A DNA stretch of 64,000 nucleotides from positions 1 through 64,000 of the IMG/VR virus record IMGVR_UViG_3300025000_000080; one strand, 5' to 3'. How positions within the stretch are numbered: the first letter of the stretch is position 1; each line of letters opens with the position of its first letter. This document shows positions 29,774 through 39,355 of the stretch, piece by piece. Both the position numbers and the translations under genes were made by a program. This stretch comes from an uncultured virus (IMG/VR IMGVR_UViG_3300025000_000080). Taxonomy: Duplodnaviria > Heunggongvirae > Uroviricota > Caudoviricetes. The notes under the pieces are model-generated. The model was not told the origin of the DNA. It saw only the letters and a program-made list of their open reading frames with translations, and made no database searches.

Positions 29774-30199
29774 TTATTTTCTTGCCCGGTGTTCATCCTC
29801 GTGACACTTCGCACACAGCGCCTCAAGGTTCTCCCAGGCGTCACTCCCACCTTGTGACCGATAGATCCGATGATGAGTGTGATTCGTCCACATGTTGCAG
29901 CGCTGACAGCGAGGGAAGGCGTTTTGGAAGGCTTTTGAGTGCTGTGACCATGCCTTTTTCCAGGCGAGCCCGGCGCGTTCCGATCCATCGCCCCATGACG
30001 GATCAGGTATCCAGCGACGACAGACGAAGGAACCATCCGGCTGAGTAAGAGGGTTGTCGCAGCGATGGCCCGGGACGGAAGCGACAACATAGTCCATAGG
30101 TGTCTCGCCATGAACGCGATCCCCGAACGTCACCACAAGGTCACGTTTCTCAGGTGTAATCCACCCGAGTTTACACAGCGGACACCGCCTGCCTTTCAA
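29774..30199 (-). CDS. HNH endonuclease with N-terminal Zn finger
   Basis: CQRC..HHRIYRSQGG..NLEALCAKCH. Confidence 0.85.
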   Translation of the reverse strand: MKGRRCPLCKLGWITPEKRDLVVTFGDRVHGETPMDYVVASVPGHRCDNPLTQPDGSFVCRRWIPDPSWGDGSERAGLAWKKAWSQHSKAFQNAFPRCQRCNMWTNHTHHRIYRSQGGSDAWENLEALCAKCHEDEHRARK

Positions 30200-30657
30200 T
30201 GGAGTATTCTGCCGGCGGCATCCGTGAGTACGACCAGACGTTCATCGGCGTTGACCCGGTTCTTCTCCACTGGGATGGTGCCCATCGACGGGTCGGCCAT
30301 TGCAACTCGTGTGACACGCCCCTTATTGCGAGGATGGACAGCGCTGTCCGTGCGCTTCCCGCCCTTGAACGTCTGGACCACCGGCTCAGGTAGCCCGAGG
30401 ACCTTGTGAGCGAGCATGGCTCGAGCGGTCTCGAATGCCTGTTCGAAGCCCTGGCCACAGTCGTACAGGTACTCGAGCATGTAGGTCAGAAGATCCGCCG
30501 TTCGATCCACGAGTTGCTTCTCGGTGTAGACCGGGGGCTTACCGGTCAACTGTCCTTCCAACTGGAACGTTTCGAGCACAGCCGCCACAAGCCGCTGCTC
30601 CCCGATCTTCTGATACACTCGTGTGACCGCGTCTTCTCTATTCGGCCGTTGTCCCAT
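30196..30657 (-). CDS. Hypothetical protein
   Basis: AAGGAG RBS; coupled to neighbours. Confidence 0.6.
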   Translation of the reverse strand: MGQRPNREDAVTRVYQKIGEQRLVAAVLETFQLEGQLTGKPPVYTEKQLVDRTADLLTYMLEYLYDCGQGFEQAFETARAMLAHKVLGLPEPVVQTFKGGKRTDSAVHPRNKGRVTRVAMADPSMGTIPVEKNRVNADERLVVLTDAAGRILH

Positions 30658-31090
30658 GATTCTCCTTCACTTCCGTGTAGATACGGATCAATGTTTCCTC
30701 GTAGACGAGCCTGCCATCCGATAGCCGAGCACCCCGCCTGCCGTCCGGGAGTTTGAAAATCTCATCTACTGTCACAATCCGGCTCGGGTTATTCTTCGCC
30801 GCCCATGTCGTACCCGCCTTGACCTTGCAAGCCTTCTTAACCTGCTCAATCGTGACCACATCCAACTTCACCCGCTTGGAGGCGATGGCGAAGATGATCG
30901 GCTGACGGCCTCGACTGAAGGTGGCAGCGTTCCCCACCCGCTTGACGACACCCTGCTTCTCGAGCCGCCTTACACGACGGTTCATCACCTGGCGTGAGAT
31001 GGGCGTGCTCCAGCGCTCGCACAACTGGCCAATGGTCTGCGGCCCGTGAAGTTTCAGCAGTTCTACGACTTGAGCGGATCGATCTTGCAT
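30638..31090 (-). CDS. Winged-HTH DNA-binding protein
   Basis: VVELLKLHGPQTIGQL..VRRLEKQGVVKR..GRQP. Confidence 0.7.
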   Translation of the reverse strand: MQDRSAQVVELLKLHGPQTIGQLCERWSTPISRQVMNRRVRRLEKQGVVKRVGNAATFSRGRQPIIFAIASKRVKLDVVTIEQVKKACKVKAGTTWAAKNNPSRIVTVDEIFKLPDGRRGARLSDGRLVYEETLIRIYTEVKENHGTTAE

Positions 31091-31097
31091 GCCGCAC

Positions 31098-31165
31098 TAT
31101 AAAATAGTAGTTGAATCTTACGCCACTAATGGGTACAGTATGTAAGACCCCCTTTAATAAGTCAA
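31098..31165. promoter_or_regulatory. Overlapping opposed promoters (+ TTGAAT-N17-TACAGT; - TTGACT-N17-CATACT)
   Basis: Both read directly in the short gap between divergent genes. Confidence 0.55.
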
Positions 31166-31185
31166 CAACTACTGCTGAGGCGGAC

Positions 31186-31347
31186 ATGCGGAGCGAGTAC
31201 AGGCATTTGTTGCGGCCGGTGCAGATCGTGTTTGTGACGGACGAGACGCCGTCACCGTTCGTGAGCACATGGAAACTGGTGCTGATGGTCGGTCTGATTG
31301 CGATGACCGGCGTGATGTGCGGTCTGGGCCTGGTGTCGGTGCTGTGA
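31186..31347 (+). CDS. Small membrane protein
   Basis: GAGG RBS; C-terminal hydrophobic helix. Confidence 0.5.
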   Translation: MRSEYRHLLRPVQIVFVTDETPSPFVSTWKLVLMVGLIAMTGVMCGLGLVSVL

Positions 31348-31357
31348 AGGGAAACGA

Positions 31358-31603
31358 GTGATGGAGAAGCGTGAGATCCGCTGGCGACAGGCAAACCATC
31401 TCCCCTTGGCGATCACTCGGCTTATGCCGGGTGTCATCAACTACAAGGGTGTCCACCTCCCGCCCTCAACCGTGACACTCCCGGCTGACCTTCTCGAGCC
31501 GACACAGGAGGGGGACACCCTCCACTTCGATATCGAGACCTATCGTCGGGCGGTATCGACGCCAGAAGACACGGCTACTCATCTGCGGGAAGAGTCGGTT
31601 TGA
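31358..31603 (+). CDS. Hypothetical protein
   Basis: ORF in tightly packed operon. Confidence 0.5.
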   Translation: MMEKREIRWRQANHLPLAITRLMPGVINYKGVHLPPSTVTLPADLLEPTQEGDTLHFDIETYRRAVSTPEDTATHLREESV

Positions 31604-31620
31604 TGGTATAGGAGAAAGCG

Positions 31621-31818
31621 ATGAAGCACCAAGGCTTAAAATGCCGCACTTGTCGGGGGCGTGGCACGGTAAAAACCCGGCGACTCTGCACGATCGTCAC
31701 CGAGCGGGATTGCCCTGACTGCGAGGGCACAGGACGGGCGGACGCTGATGAGGATGCGGCGTGGCTTCCTCCAGAGTTTAGAGGCACAGAAGAGGAACTA
31801 AGGGAGACTGAGACGTGA
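31621..31818 (+). CDS. Small DnaJ-type zinc-finger protein
   Basis: CRTCRGRG and CPDCEGTG (two CxxCxGxG); AGGAG RBS. Confidence 0.65.
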   Translation: MKHQGLKCRTCRGRGTVKTRRLCTIVTERDCPDCEGTGRADADEDAAWLPPEFRGTEEELRETET

Positions 31819-32336
31819 ACCACATGAAGGATCTGACCAGTGATGACTTGACGGCACTCGCCACGTTCGACCCGGAGACACCGGAAGGGCGAACGGAGTT
31901 CAACCGCCTGGCGCATGAGATGATGCGCAGGGATGGGGATGTACCGATAGAGGAGGCGATCAAGCATGTCAACGCAGGACTCATGGATGAGTCAGAGGCG
32001 CTTGACATGGTCCGCCGAGGCGCCCCTGAGTACGACGGTACTGCCACCCGATATGTCTATGAGGTAAGGCACTACCGCCGCCCGATCGCGGACCTCTGCC
32101 GTCCCGGAGCCTTCGACCCGGAACCGATCGTCAAAGCCGTAAGAGAATGGACCGGGCGTCACCTGACGTTGGCAGTCGAATACGACGGTTCTGTGTGGTC
32201 TGCAATGTTTCACACTGGGCTAACAGGCGATCCGTGTGTGTGCGAGGAAAGCCCGTTTATGGCCCACGCGGTGATAGTCGCCGCCGTTGTGGCGTGCGTT
32301 GTGTACGGACGAGATTATGCCGCCGTAACGCCCTGA
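31815..32336 (+). CDS. Hypothetical protein
   Basis: GTGA coupling; GGGAG RBS. Confidence 0.55.
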   Translation: MNHMKDLTSDDLTALATFDPETPEGRTEFNRLAHEMMRRDGDVPIEEAIKHVNAGLMDESEALDMVRRGAPEYDGTATRYVYEVRHYRRPIADLCRPGAFDPEPIVKAVREWTGRHLTLAVEYDGSVWSAMFHTGLTGDPCVCEESPFMAHAVIVAAVVACVVYGRDYAAVTP

Positions 32337-32402
32337 TAGCCTTCTTCCTCCCTCCTACTCTTATTCCCTTAAAAATAATTTGAAGCATTGTCATTTCTAC
32401 TA

Positions 32403-32431
32403 TTGACAGTAATCAAAGCCTGCCTTATATT
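32403..32431 (+). promoter_or_regulatory. Strong promoter TTGACA-N17-TATATT
   Basis: Near-consensus hexamers with AT-rich upstream tract. Confidence 0.8.
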
Positions 32432-32475
32432 AGGTACATAGACGCTGGCAAAAACAAATCACGGGAGAGTAGGAC

Positions 32476-32919
32476 ATGGCGACCATCATCAACATGAGCA
32501 CCAGGCGACAGATGGAGACAATCTACGAGACACCCGCTGAGACGGCCAAGAAAATCCGGTCAGCGCTGAAGGTCGCATTCCCTGGTATCAAGTTCAGCGT
32601 CCGGTCGCGGTCATACTCCATGGGCTCGACTGTTGATGTCGCTTGGACGGATGGCCCGCGGACAAAGGACGTGGAGGCGGTAGCAGGGCAATTCGAGTCC
32701 ACATCGTTCGACGGGATGGACGACAGTACGCACCACCACGGCTACATCCTTGACGGCGTGCGATATAGCGGCGCTGGTTACGTCTCTTGCCAGCGCGAGT
32801 ATTCGTCCGAATGGGCGGCGCTCCTGCTGGCTTATGCCAATGATAACGGCTCGTTTGAGTCGTACCAGGACGAGTGGGAGCGGATGGCCTGGGCCGAACA
32901 GGACCTGACGCTCGAGTAG
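32476..32919 (+). CDS. LPD29-domain protein
   Basis: AKKIRSALKVAFPGIKFSVRS..S.G....V.WTDGP..FDGMDD signature. Confidence 0.8.
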   Translation: MATIINMSTRRQMETIYETPAETAKKIRSALKVAFPGIKFSVRSRSYSMGSTVDVAWTDGPRTKDVEAVAGQFESTSFDGMDDSTHHHGYILDGVRYSGAGYVSCQREYSSEWAALLLAYANDNGSFESYQDEWERMAWAEQDLTLE

Positions 32920-32964
32920 TTCCACACCCCGAGCCCGGCGGGCAATCCGGGCAGGGAGAGAGAG

Positions 32965-33546
32965 ATGATGACATGCTCTTGTGGACAGTCCGACGCGCAT
33001 GAGATCGCCCGGTCTCACACCTATGATGGCATCGCCGTCTGCCTGTGGTCAGATGGCATGGTGTCCGGTCTCATGGGCTTCCGATTGCGCGGTGTCCCTT
33101 CACGGCGTCCCAGGACCCCGGAAGCACGCGAGAATGCACTGACCGCCGGACATCTCCTTCTGGGTGATGCGGGCATCTACGATGCCGACGAACTGCCGGA
33201 CCTGTACCGGGCTGCTGAAACCGCCGCACGGGAGGACGCACTTCCGGGCACGATGCGTGATGAGTATGCACGGATTCAGAAGCCTGCAACGCCCACGCTG
33301 ATATGGGTGGTCCTGGCCACGGATCGCGACGGCAAGCCGACAGAGCGGTATGCCAAACTGCCGCGACTGTCGAAATGGCCTGGCTTGGTCATCTGGGATT
33401 TCTGTAACGGTCCCGGGAGTGCCCGGGGTCGGTATCACGTCATGCGTGAGGAGCATCCAGCGGGTTACGCGGACAAGGTCTGTTATAGGACCGGGTGTGC
33501 GTTTGCTCGGTTGACTGATCTGTGGAAGCACTTAGAGGAATCATGA
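32965..33546 (+). CDS. Hypothetical protein
   Basis: GGGAG RBS; in operon. Confidence 0.6.
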   Translation: MMTCSCGQSDAHEIARSHTYDGIAVCLWSDGMVSGLMGFRLRGVPSRRPRTPEARENALTAGHLLLGDAGIYDADELPDLYRAAETAAREDALPGTMRDEYARIQKPATPTLIWVVLATDRDGKPTERYAKLPRLSKWPGLVIWDFCNGPGSARGRYHVMREEHPAGYADKVCYRTGCAFARLTDLWKHLEES

Positions 33547-34121
33547 GACGCAAACGCCGAAATCCTGAAGCAGAACGTGCGGAAGCGCTCCGCGAGACTG
33601 AGCGGCGGGTGAAAGAGCGGGAAGCCCTCGATCGGGAGTGGGCACCCTTCGACGCTCTGGCTGCGCGTATCTGCCTCGAGCAGACATTGCCCCTTATCGG
33701 CGTGGACGTGCCCGCATGGGGGCAGTGCGCGGAGGAGATGACGCTTGAGGGGGCAGAGCGGCGACACGAGACGATCGCCATCCTGGCGCGGTCGGGCGTC
33801 TCCGATGTGTGCCTTCGGGACCTTGTGAGCGGGTCGGACCTGTACGCCTCCGATCGGCTCACCGCGATATGGTGGGCGCGGCTCCGGATACCTCCGGTGA
33901 CGGACATCAGCAATGTGGCGGACAAGGATGCCTTCGTTCGGACACTGCTTATCCGTGACCTCGATGAGATGGTGGCGGCAGGCACGATCCACTCGGATGC
34001 TCGGGCTATACTCCGGGGCACCGAGGACATCTTTCAGCACAACCGGCAGCGAGCACGGCGGGAACTGCAGGAGTTCAACGCCCGCCTTCAGTCGATGGTG
34101 GGGAAGGATGACCATGCTTGA
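33543..34121 (+). CDS. Hypothetical protein
   Basis: ATGA coupling. Confidence 0.55.
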   Translation: MRRKRRNPEAERAEALRETERRVKEREALDREWAPFDALAARICLEQTLPLIGVDVPAWGQCAEEMTLEGAERRHETIAILARSGVSDVCLRDLVSGSDLYASDRLTAIWWARLRIPPVTDISNVADKDAFVRTLLIRDLDEMVAAGTIHSDARAILRGTEDIFQHNRQRARRELQEFNARLQSMVGKDDHA

Positions 34122-34512
34122 GCACATCACCGCTTCTGTCTCCGCTCTCGAGGAGTTATGGTCACCGTTTGATCATGGGCTGTGGTGTGAGGCTATGCGC
34201 CGCGAGGATGTGGCGTTCTGCATCGCAAAGAAGTGGAGTTTGTCCCCGTCCGAAGGGGAGAATATCCCGTTCGATACTCGCTACTACCTCGCACATGCGG
34301 CACGGATTGCGTGGTTCGTCGAGAACGGATACCAAGGCAGCGTCGAGATAGATGTGCCGATCAAACGGTCACCGACATGGTATCCAGTGCGAGACGGAAA
34401 CCACCGGCTCGCTGCCGCCATAATCCGTGGCGACAAGACCATCCCTGCCGTGTGGTGGGGAGGTCCGCAAGACGTACTCGAGAAGATCAGGATGCCGCCG
34501 TCATGCCCCTAA
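34114..34512 (+). CDS. ParB/sulfiredoxin N-terminal-like domain protein
   Basis: VRDGNHRLAAAIIRGDKTIPA motif. Confidence 0.7.
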   Translation: MLEHITASVSALEELWSPFDHGLWCEAMRREDVAFCIAKKWSLSPSEGENIPFDTRYYLAHAARIAWFVENGYQGSVEIDVPIKRSPTWYPVRDGNHRLAAAIIRGDKTIPAVWWGGPQDVLEKIRMPPSCP

Positions 34513-34724
34513 TCAAGCCGCGCGGTCGCAACGGTAGACGCCCGCCAGGTCATCACACGCCCATCAAGGAAGCCGTCTCGCGTTCGGTAGGTGTATCCTT
34601 CATGACCACGGTGGAGCGCCGGGCATGGATTGACGCTGAAGTAAAGCGGCGCGGCGTTAAGTCTCTTGGAGATGTGCTGAACGAGTTGATTCAGCAGGCG
34701 ATGTCAGCGAAGACTGCCCAGTGA
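34503..34724 (+). CDS. Ribbon-helix-helix-like protein
   Basis: SVGVSF..RAWIDAEVKRRGVKSLGDVLNELI. Confidence 0.55.
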   Translation: MPLIKPRGRNGRRPPGHHTPIKEAVSRSVGVSFMTTVERRAWIDAEVKRRGVKSLGDVLNELIQQAMSAKTAQ

Positions 34725-36887
34725 AGGCATGGCGCGCCCACCCAGCATGACCCATTCCTTCAACACGTTCGCATCCACTTCGATCTTCTCACCATCGCCC
34801 CGCTCGAGCCTGCCCAGTGAATCCCTGAGTATGTGCTCATCGATCCCCATCAAGGTCGCCTGCTTCGTCAGACTGTTCATCTGCTCCAGCATATCGGAAC
34901 GAAGATCAGACAGGAACCCCAGCACATCCTCACGAGAGACGCCGCCAGACGCCCGCTTCTGAGCGAGGAAGTCGATAGCCTTACCAACCCCTTCAGGAGA
35001 CGTACCCATCGCCCCAGGCGCCCCTGTGACGCCCTTCATCTGTGCCAGGTATACTGGCAGCGGCAACTTCGACCATTCGCTATCGTATGGCGGCAGGGAG
35101 TGATTCAGAGCATCGGCGGCGATGAGCCGGGCCTCGTCCAGCGTGAGGAACCCGGCGCGCACTGCCACGTCTGCGAGCTCGATCAGTTCTCTCGAGTCCC
35201 GGTTGATGGGCGCGTTGCTTCGATAGTCCCAGTAGCGGGCACCGAAGATCGGGAGCAGGCGAATGTTGATGACGTCGTCGATATCCTTCCTCTCCGGCTC
35301 ATAGGTGTGCTTCTCGACGTGATCGGCCATGACTGTGGCCGTCGCTCGATTCATGCCCATGAACTTACCCACGGACATGGGCGGGTTGCCGAAGGCGCTG
35401 TCGATCTTATCCCCTTCGTCCTTCCGGTATCGGACATAGAGCGCATCGTCGCGCTGGTACTGGGTGAGGGGGATGACGTGGATCTTTGGGATTGGCGCGT
35501 CACCGACAACGGGCGAGCCTCTACCAACACCAGACGGCGCGGCCTCGAGCGTCAGGATACCGCTGGTGCGGTTGTGGCCCTTCAACTTCGTCTTCAGGTG
35601 CTTCTCGATCTTCTCGACAGCTCCTGCTGCAAACCTCCCACCCTCTACCAGAATCATCAGGTCCGGGATCGCGTCGTTACGCAGTGTCATCAGGTTGACC
35701 TGCTCGGCCTCGATCTCTCCCAGAGCTCCCACGACAAGACCCTGCCAGCGAGGGACGCCGTAAACGTCATGCTCAGTATTGATCAGCGTGAAATGGATCA
35801 TCTCAAGGGCGGGCCCGGTCTCGGTCCCCATCTTGATCGCCTTGTCCAGTTCAGCCTTCGTCTTGTACGTCTGGCCGGTGCGATTGCCGATCAGCCGTGG
35901 GTCGCCTATCTCCTTGAAGAAGATCATGCCGCCGCCGTACACATTCGGCACGGCCGGTGTGTCTCCTTCACCGATGCCCTGGACGTATCGCCGGAACGAC
36001 CGGATTACCTTCACCTTGTCGTAAGAAACCGGGCTGATCTTCACGCGGTCGCTGACCTCGACGTTCATGTCCTCGGGAGACAACTTCACGGCTCGAGTCG
36101 TGCGAGCGGGAACCCACCACAGAGAAAGCGGCTCACCCCATGGATTACGATTGATGGCCAGGAAGCCGTTGCCGTAGGTCTCCAGGTCCCAGCGAAGGCG
36201 CCGGCGAATCCGGATCAGGGTCTCCTTGGGATTCGGATTGTCGAAGAACAGCCGCAACCGTGCCTGCTCGGCCGCCATCTCGAGTTTGAGCCGCTTCTTC
36301 CTGGCGTCTACCTCAGAGTCGTCGATCTCCAACTGCACTTCGGGCGGGTCTCCCCCATCCGTCCAGTGCTTCACCCGTGCCTCGTGAAGTCGCTCCATGT
36401 AGATGACGGCGCGGATCTCGTCGTCCACCTTTTCAGATGCCAGATCCACCCGTGGCATGAGCTGGTATCCGTGCGCGTCGATACCGTGATTGTACGCCTC
36501 GATGTTCTGACGGATGGATGGGGAGTTGCGAACGATGAAGCCCAGCCAGGCAAAACTGATCGCTGGCGGGATGACGCCCACACCGGAGAAGAGCGTGTTG
36601 AGCTTGTTCTCATCCACCCGAATGATGTCGGGCTCGATACGGCCCAGGTCCTGCGGCCCGCCGTCGTCACTTTTCTGGATGCTTGACTTCTGGACGCTGG
36701 CTCGAGCCGGTGCATGCCGGTCGATCCACGCGTCCCCAGTGGCGTTTCCCGCATCTTTCGCGGTGATCTCCCGATCAGCATTGTCGATCGCGTCTTCCCA
36801 TCGCTCTTGCGGTTGGTCCTCTGCCCCACCCAGACTGCACACCTTGATTTCCCAGCCGCTATATCCCTGCTCTTCCATTACATCCAC
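34704..36887 (-). CDS. Portal protein (PBSX XkdE-like)
   Basis: DLETYGNGFL, EMIHF..YGVPRW, AFGNPP..G..NRATA; follows TerL. Confidence 0.9.
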   Translation of the reverse strand: MDVMEEQGYSGWEIKVCSLGGAEDQPQERWEDAIDNADREITAKDAGNATGDAWIDRHAPARASVQKSSIQKSDDGGPQDLGRIEPDIIRVDENKLNTLFSGVGVIPPAISFAWLGFIVRNSPSIRQNIEAYNHGIDAHGYQLMPRVDLASEKVDDEIRAVIYMERLHEARVKHWTDGGDPPEVQLEIDDSEVDARKKRLKLEMAAEQARLRLFFDNPNPKETLIRIRRRLRWDLETYGNGFLAINRNPWGEPLSLWWVPARTTRAVKLSPEDMNVEVSDRVKISPVSYDKVKVIRSFRRYVQGIGEGDTPAVPNVYGGGMIFFKEIGDPRLIGNRTGQTYKTKAELDKAIKMGTETGPALEMIHFTLINTEHDVYGVPRWQGLVVGALGEIEAEQVNLMTLRNDAIPDLMILVEGGRFAAGAVEKIEKHLKTKLKGHNRTSGILTLEAAPSGVGRGSPVVGDAPIPKIHVIPLTQYQRDDALYVRYRKDEGDKIDSAFGNPPMSVGKFMGMNRATATVMADHVEKHTYEPERKDIDDVINIRLLPIFGARYWDYRSNAPINRDSRELIELADVAVRAGFLTLDEARLIAADALNHSLPPYDSEWSKLPLPVYLAQMKGVTGAPGAMGTSPEGVGKAIDFLAQKRASGGVSREDVLGFLSDLRSDMLEQMNSLTKQATLMGIDEHILRDSLGRLERGDGEKIEVDANVLKEWVMLGGRAMPSLGSLR

Positions 36888-38674
36888 CTCACCTGATCGA
36901 AAACGCTCACTGGTCGCTCGTACTCCACATCCACATCATCGCTGTCTGTCGTCATCTGTAAGCCCATGCTTCGGACTCGTAGCGCCCCGTCGTCATACGT
37001 GTCATGTGATCGTACACCTTCCTCGAGCATGTCCTCGTTCATCAGGTAGTATTCGATGAGTAGGATGATGCAGTAGACGAAGGCGTCAACGAGGTCGTCA
37101 TGGACACCGAACGGGAAGTCCCCCATCTCGGCCTGTAGATCTTCTGTCCCGGGAAGAAAGTAGACTCGGCACTGGTCCACGTATGGCTGAGTGCGGATGG
37201 CTCGGCTGATCTTGTCCCCACCCACCTTCTGGGGACGGAGCGGACGGAGCGGCAGCAGCGCCATCTCTTTCACGTACTGGCGCATCCATGTCTGGGCCGC
37301 CACCTCCTCCATACCGACGTGTTGGAGTTGATCGCGGATGGCCCAGTCGACAATCGCCCTGGCCGTCTTCTGGAGCCCTCCACGGAAGGCTGAAGACCTG
37401 AAGACGTAGATATTCAGATCTTCGCCCAGAGCCACCGATACATAGCCGTTACGGTCGTTCCGGCTCTTCTCTGTGAAGGCGAAGTCCCACGCTCCGACCG
37501 CCCCCGCCATCTCCACGTTTTCGATAACTTCCCATGTCGTAAACTGGAATTTCGTTGTATCCCAGATCCGATCATCGTCAGACATCGGCTGAAGCAAGTA
37601 GGCTCGAGCGAAGTGGATGCGAGGGAGGCGCGCGAAGCGTTTCTGAAGCCGTACTCGTCCCCATTGTTCAGGCCACACCGGACTGAACTCATCAGCGACC
37701 TCGCCGCGTGCTTCTGCCTGCTGCCTGGCCCACTCGCCACCCACCGGACGACTGAACAGAAACCAGCCCATCTCAGGGGCCTTGGCCTTCAACTCGCTAT
37801 GGAGGTCCGCTTTGTGCCATGGCGTCCCGATCCAGACGACTTTGGCCCCGTCTGCGCATTCTCGTTCAGGTAACTCGGCCAGTTGTCCGCCTCGAGCGCG
37901 TCTGTCCGGTAGCGTGTCGGGAAGAGAGTTGAAGTCGGTCTCCTCCCCGTCGTCGTTGACTGGTGAGCCCGCTGCTTCCCCGTCGTCGTCCTCTTCGACC
38001 ATCGGGAGCCAGACACCGAAGAAGGTCTCCTTTGTCGCCTCACGCATAGCCTCGGAGCGGACGGATTTGGGATTGACCACGTCATCGAATAGCAGTCGTG
38101 TGGCACGACCACCAATACCAGAGCTGTCCAGGCCGTAAGCTTCGACGCTGGCGTCCTTCGAGATGATCTTACGCTGGCAATAGATTGCGTGTTGAGTCCA
38201 CCCTGCCATGTTCGCTGGCTTCAGGTGGGGGAAGACTTCATGCACTCGTGGGTTGTGCAGAATGTGCTCTGTGATCTCGCGGACACGCTTCTTGGCTTCC
38301 GCATCACTCACGCAGATGATCTTGATGAGTTCATCCGGGTTATTGCCCAGCCAGAACAACACTCTGGCCACACACTGTGTCGTCTTGCCGGTGTCTCGAG
38401 GAAGTTCGCCAAAGATGTATTCCTGGGTATCTATGGCGGACTGGAAATCGCGATGAACTTGCGACTGGCGGACCTGATGCGGGGTTCCGTCCGGGTTCTT
38501 GCGCCGGGAGTCGGAAAAGCAATACTCGACGAAGACGTTGGTGTCATGTCGCGCCTGCTTGACCTTTCTGGCCCGCGCGACTGCGCTGATCTTCTCGAGT
38601 TCCTGAAGCTTTGCTATCTTTTCCCAACGTGTTTCCATTCCGCTTTCTGCGCCGGGGCATCCGCGATCGTGCAT
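36878..38674 (-). CDS. Terminase large subunit
   Basis: PRDTGKT, GGRATRLLFDDVV, IGTPWH..DL, WDFA, FPFGVHDDLVDA. Confidence 0.93.
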   Translation of the reverse strand: MHDRGCPGAESGMETRWEKIAKLQELEKISAVARARKVKQARHDTNVFVEYCFSDSRRKNPDGTPHQVRQSQVHRDFQSAIDTQEYIFGELPRDTGKTTQCVARVLFWLGNNPDELIKIICVSDAEAKKRVREITEHILHNPRVHEVFPHLKPANMAGWTQHAIYCQRKIISKDASVEAYGLDSSGIGGRATRLLFDDVVNPKSVRSEAMREATKETFFGVWLPMVEEDDDGEAAGSPVNDDGEETDFNSLPDTLPDRRARGGQLAELPERECADGAKVVWIGTPWHKADLHSELKAKAPEMGWFLFSRPVGGEWARQQAEARGEVADEFSPVWPEQWGRVRLQKRFARLPRIHFARAYLLQPMSDDDRIWDTTKFQFTTWEVIENVEMAGAVGAWDFAFTEKSRNDRNGYVSVALGEDLNIYVFRSSAFRGGLQKTARAIVDWAIRDQLQHVGMEEVAAQTWMRQYVKEMALLPLRPLRPQKVGGDKISRAIRTQPYVDQCRVYFLPGTEDLQAEMGDFPFGVHDDLVDAFVYCIILLIEYYLMNEDMLEEGVRSHDTYDDGALRVRSMGLQMTTDSDDVDVEYERPVSVFDQVRWM

Positions 38675-38889
38675 GTGGTAAGCATCGCCCCCATGCCTAC
38701 CATCAGTGAATAACTCAGAACCGACCCCCGCAAGACATTGATAGCCAGGTACAGTCCGGCAATCTTGGCATACCGCTTGATCGCCCGACTGTGACGGTGC
38801 CGGTGGATCTCGAATGCAACATCACTCGCTGTCGTCGGATCCCCGGGGTCCTGATACGCGCCCACCACGCTTGCGAGTTGATTTCTCAC
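38614..38889 (-). CDS. Small membrane protein (possible lysis accessory)
   Basis: Hydrophobic segments; lies between holin-like gene and TerL. Confidence 0.4.
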   Translation of the reverse strand: MRNQLASVVGAYQDPGDPTTASDVAFEIHRHRHSRAIKRYAKIAGLYLAINVLRGSVLSYSLMVGMGAMLTTCTIADAPAQKAEWKHVGKR

Positions 38890-39133
38890 GACGGATCTCC
38901 TCTTTCACCTCCTGAAGCAGTCTCCTTTCCTCCATGCCCATCTGCAGGGAGTGCTCAAGGGATCTGTTCAAGAGTTCCATTGTCTTTGAGATATGCGGGG
39001 CAAACCGTGCCCAGACTGCCCGCACCCCCAGGATGATGGAGATCAGAATCACGATGTAGGGGATGTAGTTTGGACTCGAGTTTGCAAAGGTCTTGATGAC
39101 CTCACCCAAGCCCACCGTGGTTCCCGGTGTCAT
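38822..39133 (-). CDS. Holin-like membrane protein
   Basis: One TM helix (YIPYIVILISIILGV), coiled charged tail; AGGAG RBS. Confidence 0.5.
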   Translation of the reverse strand: MTPGTTVGLGEVIKTFANSSPNYIPYIVILISIILGVRAVWARFAPHISKTMELLNRSLEHSLQMGMEERRLLQEVKEEIRREKSTRKRGGRVSGPRGSDDSE

Positions 39134-39297
39134 GTCCCGTCTCCTGTCTCAACAGTATCCCAAATGCGGCGTGTTGACAAAAATCAACACGCGTCGTGAG
39201 TGCCTAACTCTATTATCCCCAGCGTGTGGGCATGCGCAAATCTGATGCCATCGGGCAGCGTTCAGGGGTCAAATGGATGAGTTTGGTAGAAGAAAAG

Positions 39298-39334
39298 AAA
39301 AAGGGGCGACTCTGCGATAGAATCGCCCCTTTTT
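39298..39334. terminator. Bidirectional intrinsic terminator after tmRNA
   Basis: AAAAAGGGGCGA...TCGCCCCTTTTT. Confidence 0.75.
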
Positions 39335-39355
39335 GTCAACTGGGCTTGCCAGAAA

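Noticed and set aside
34833..36686. 617-aa plus-strand ORF
   Set aside because: Lies entirely opposite the clearly identified portal gene
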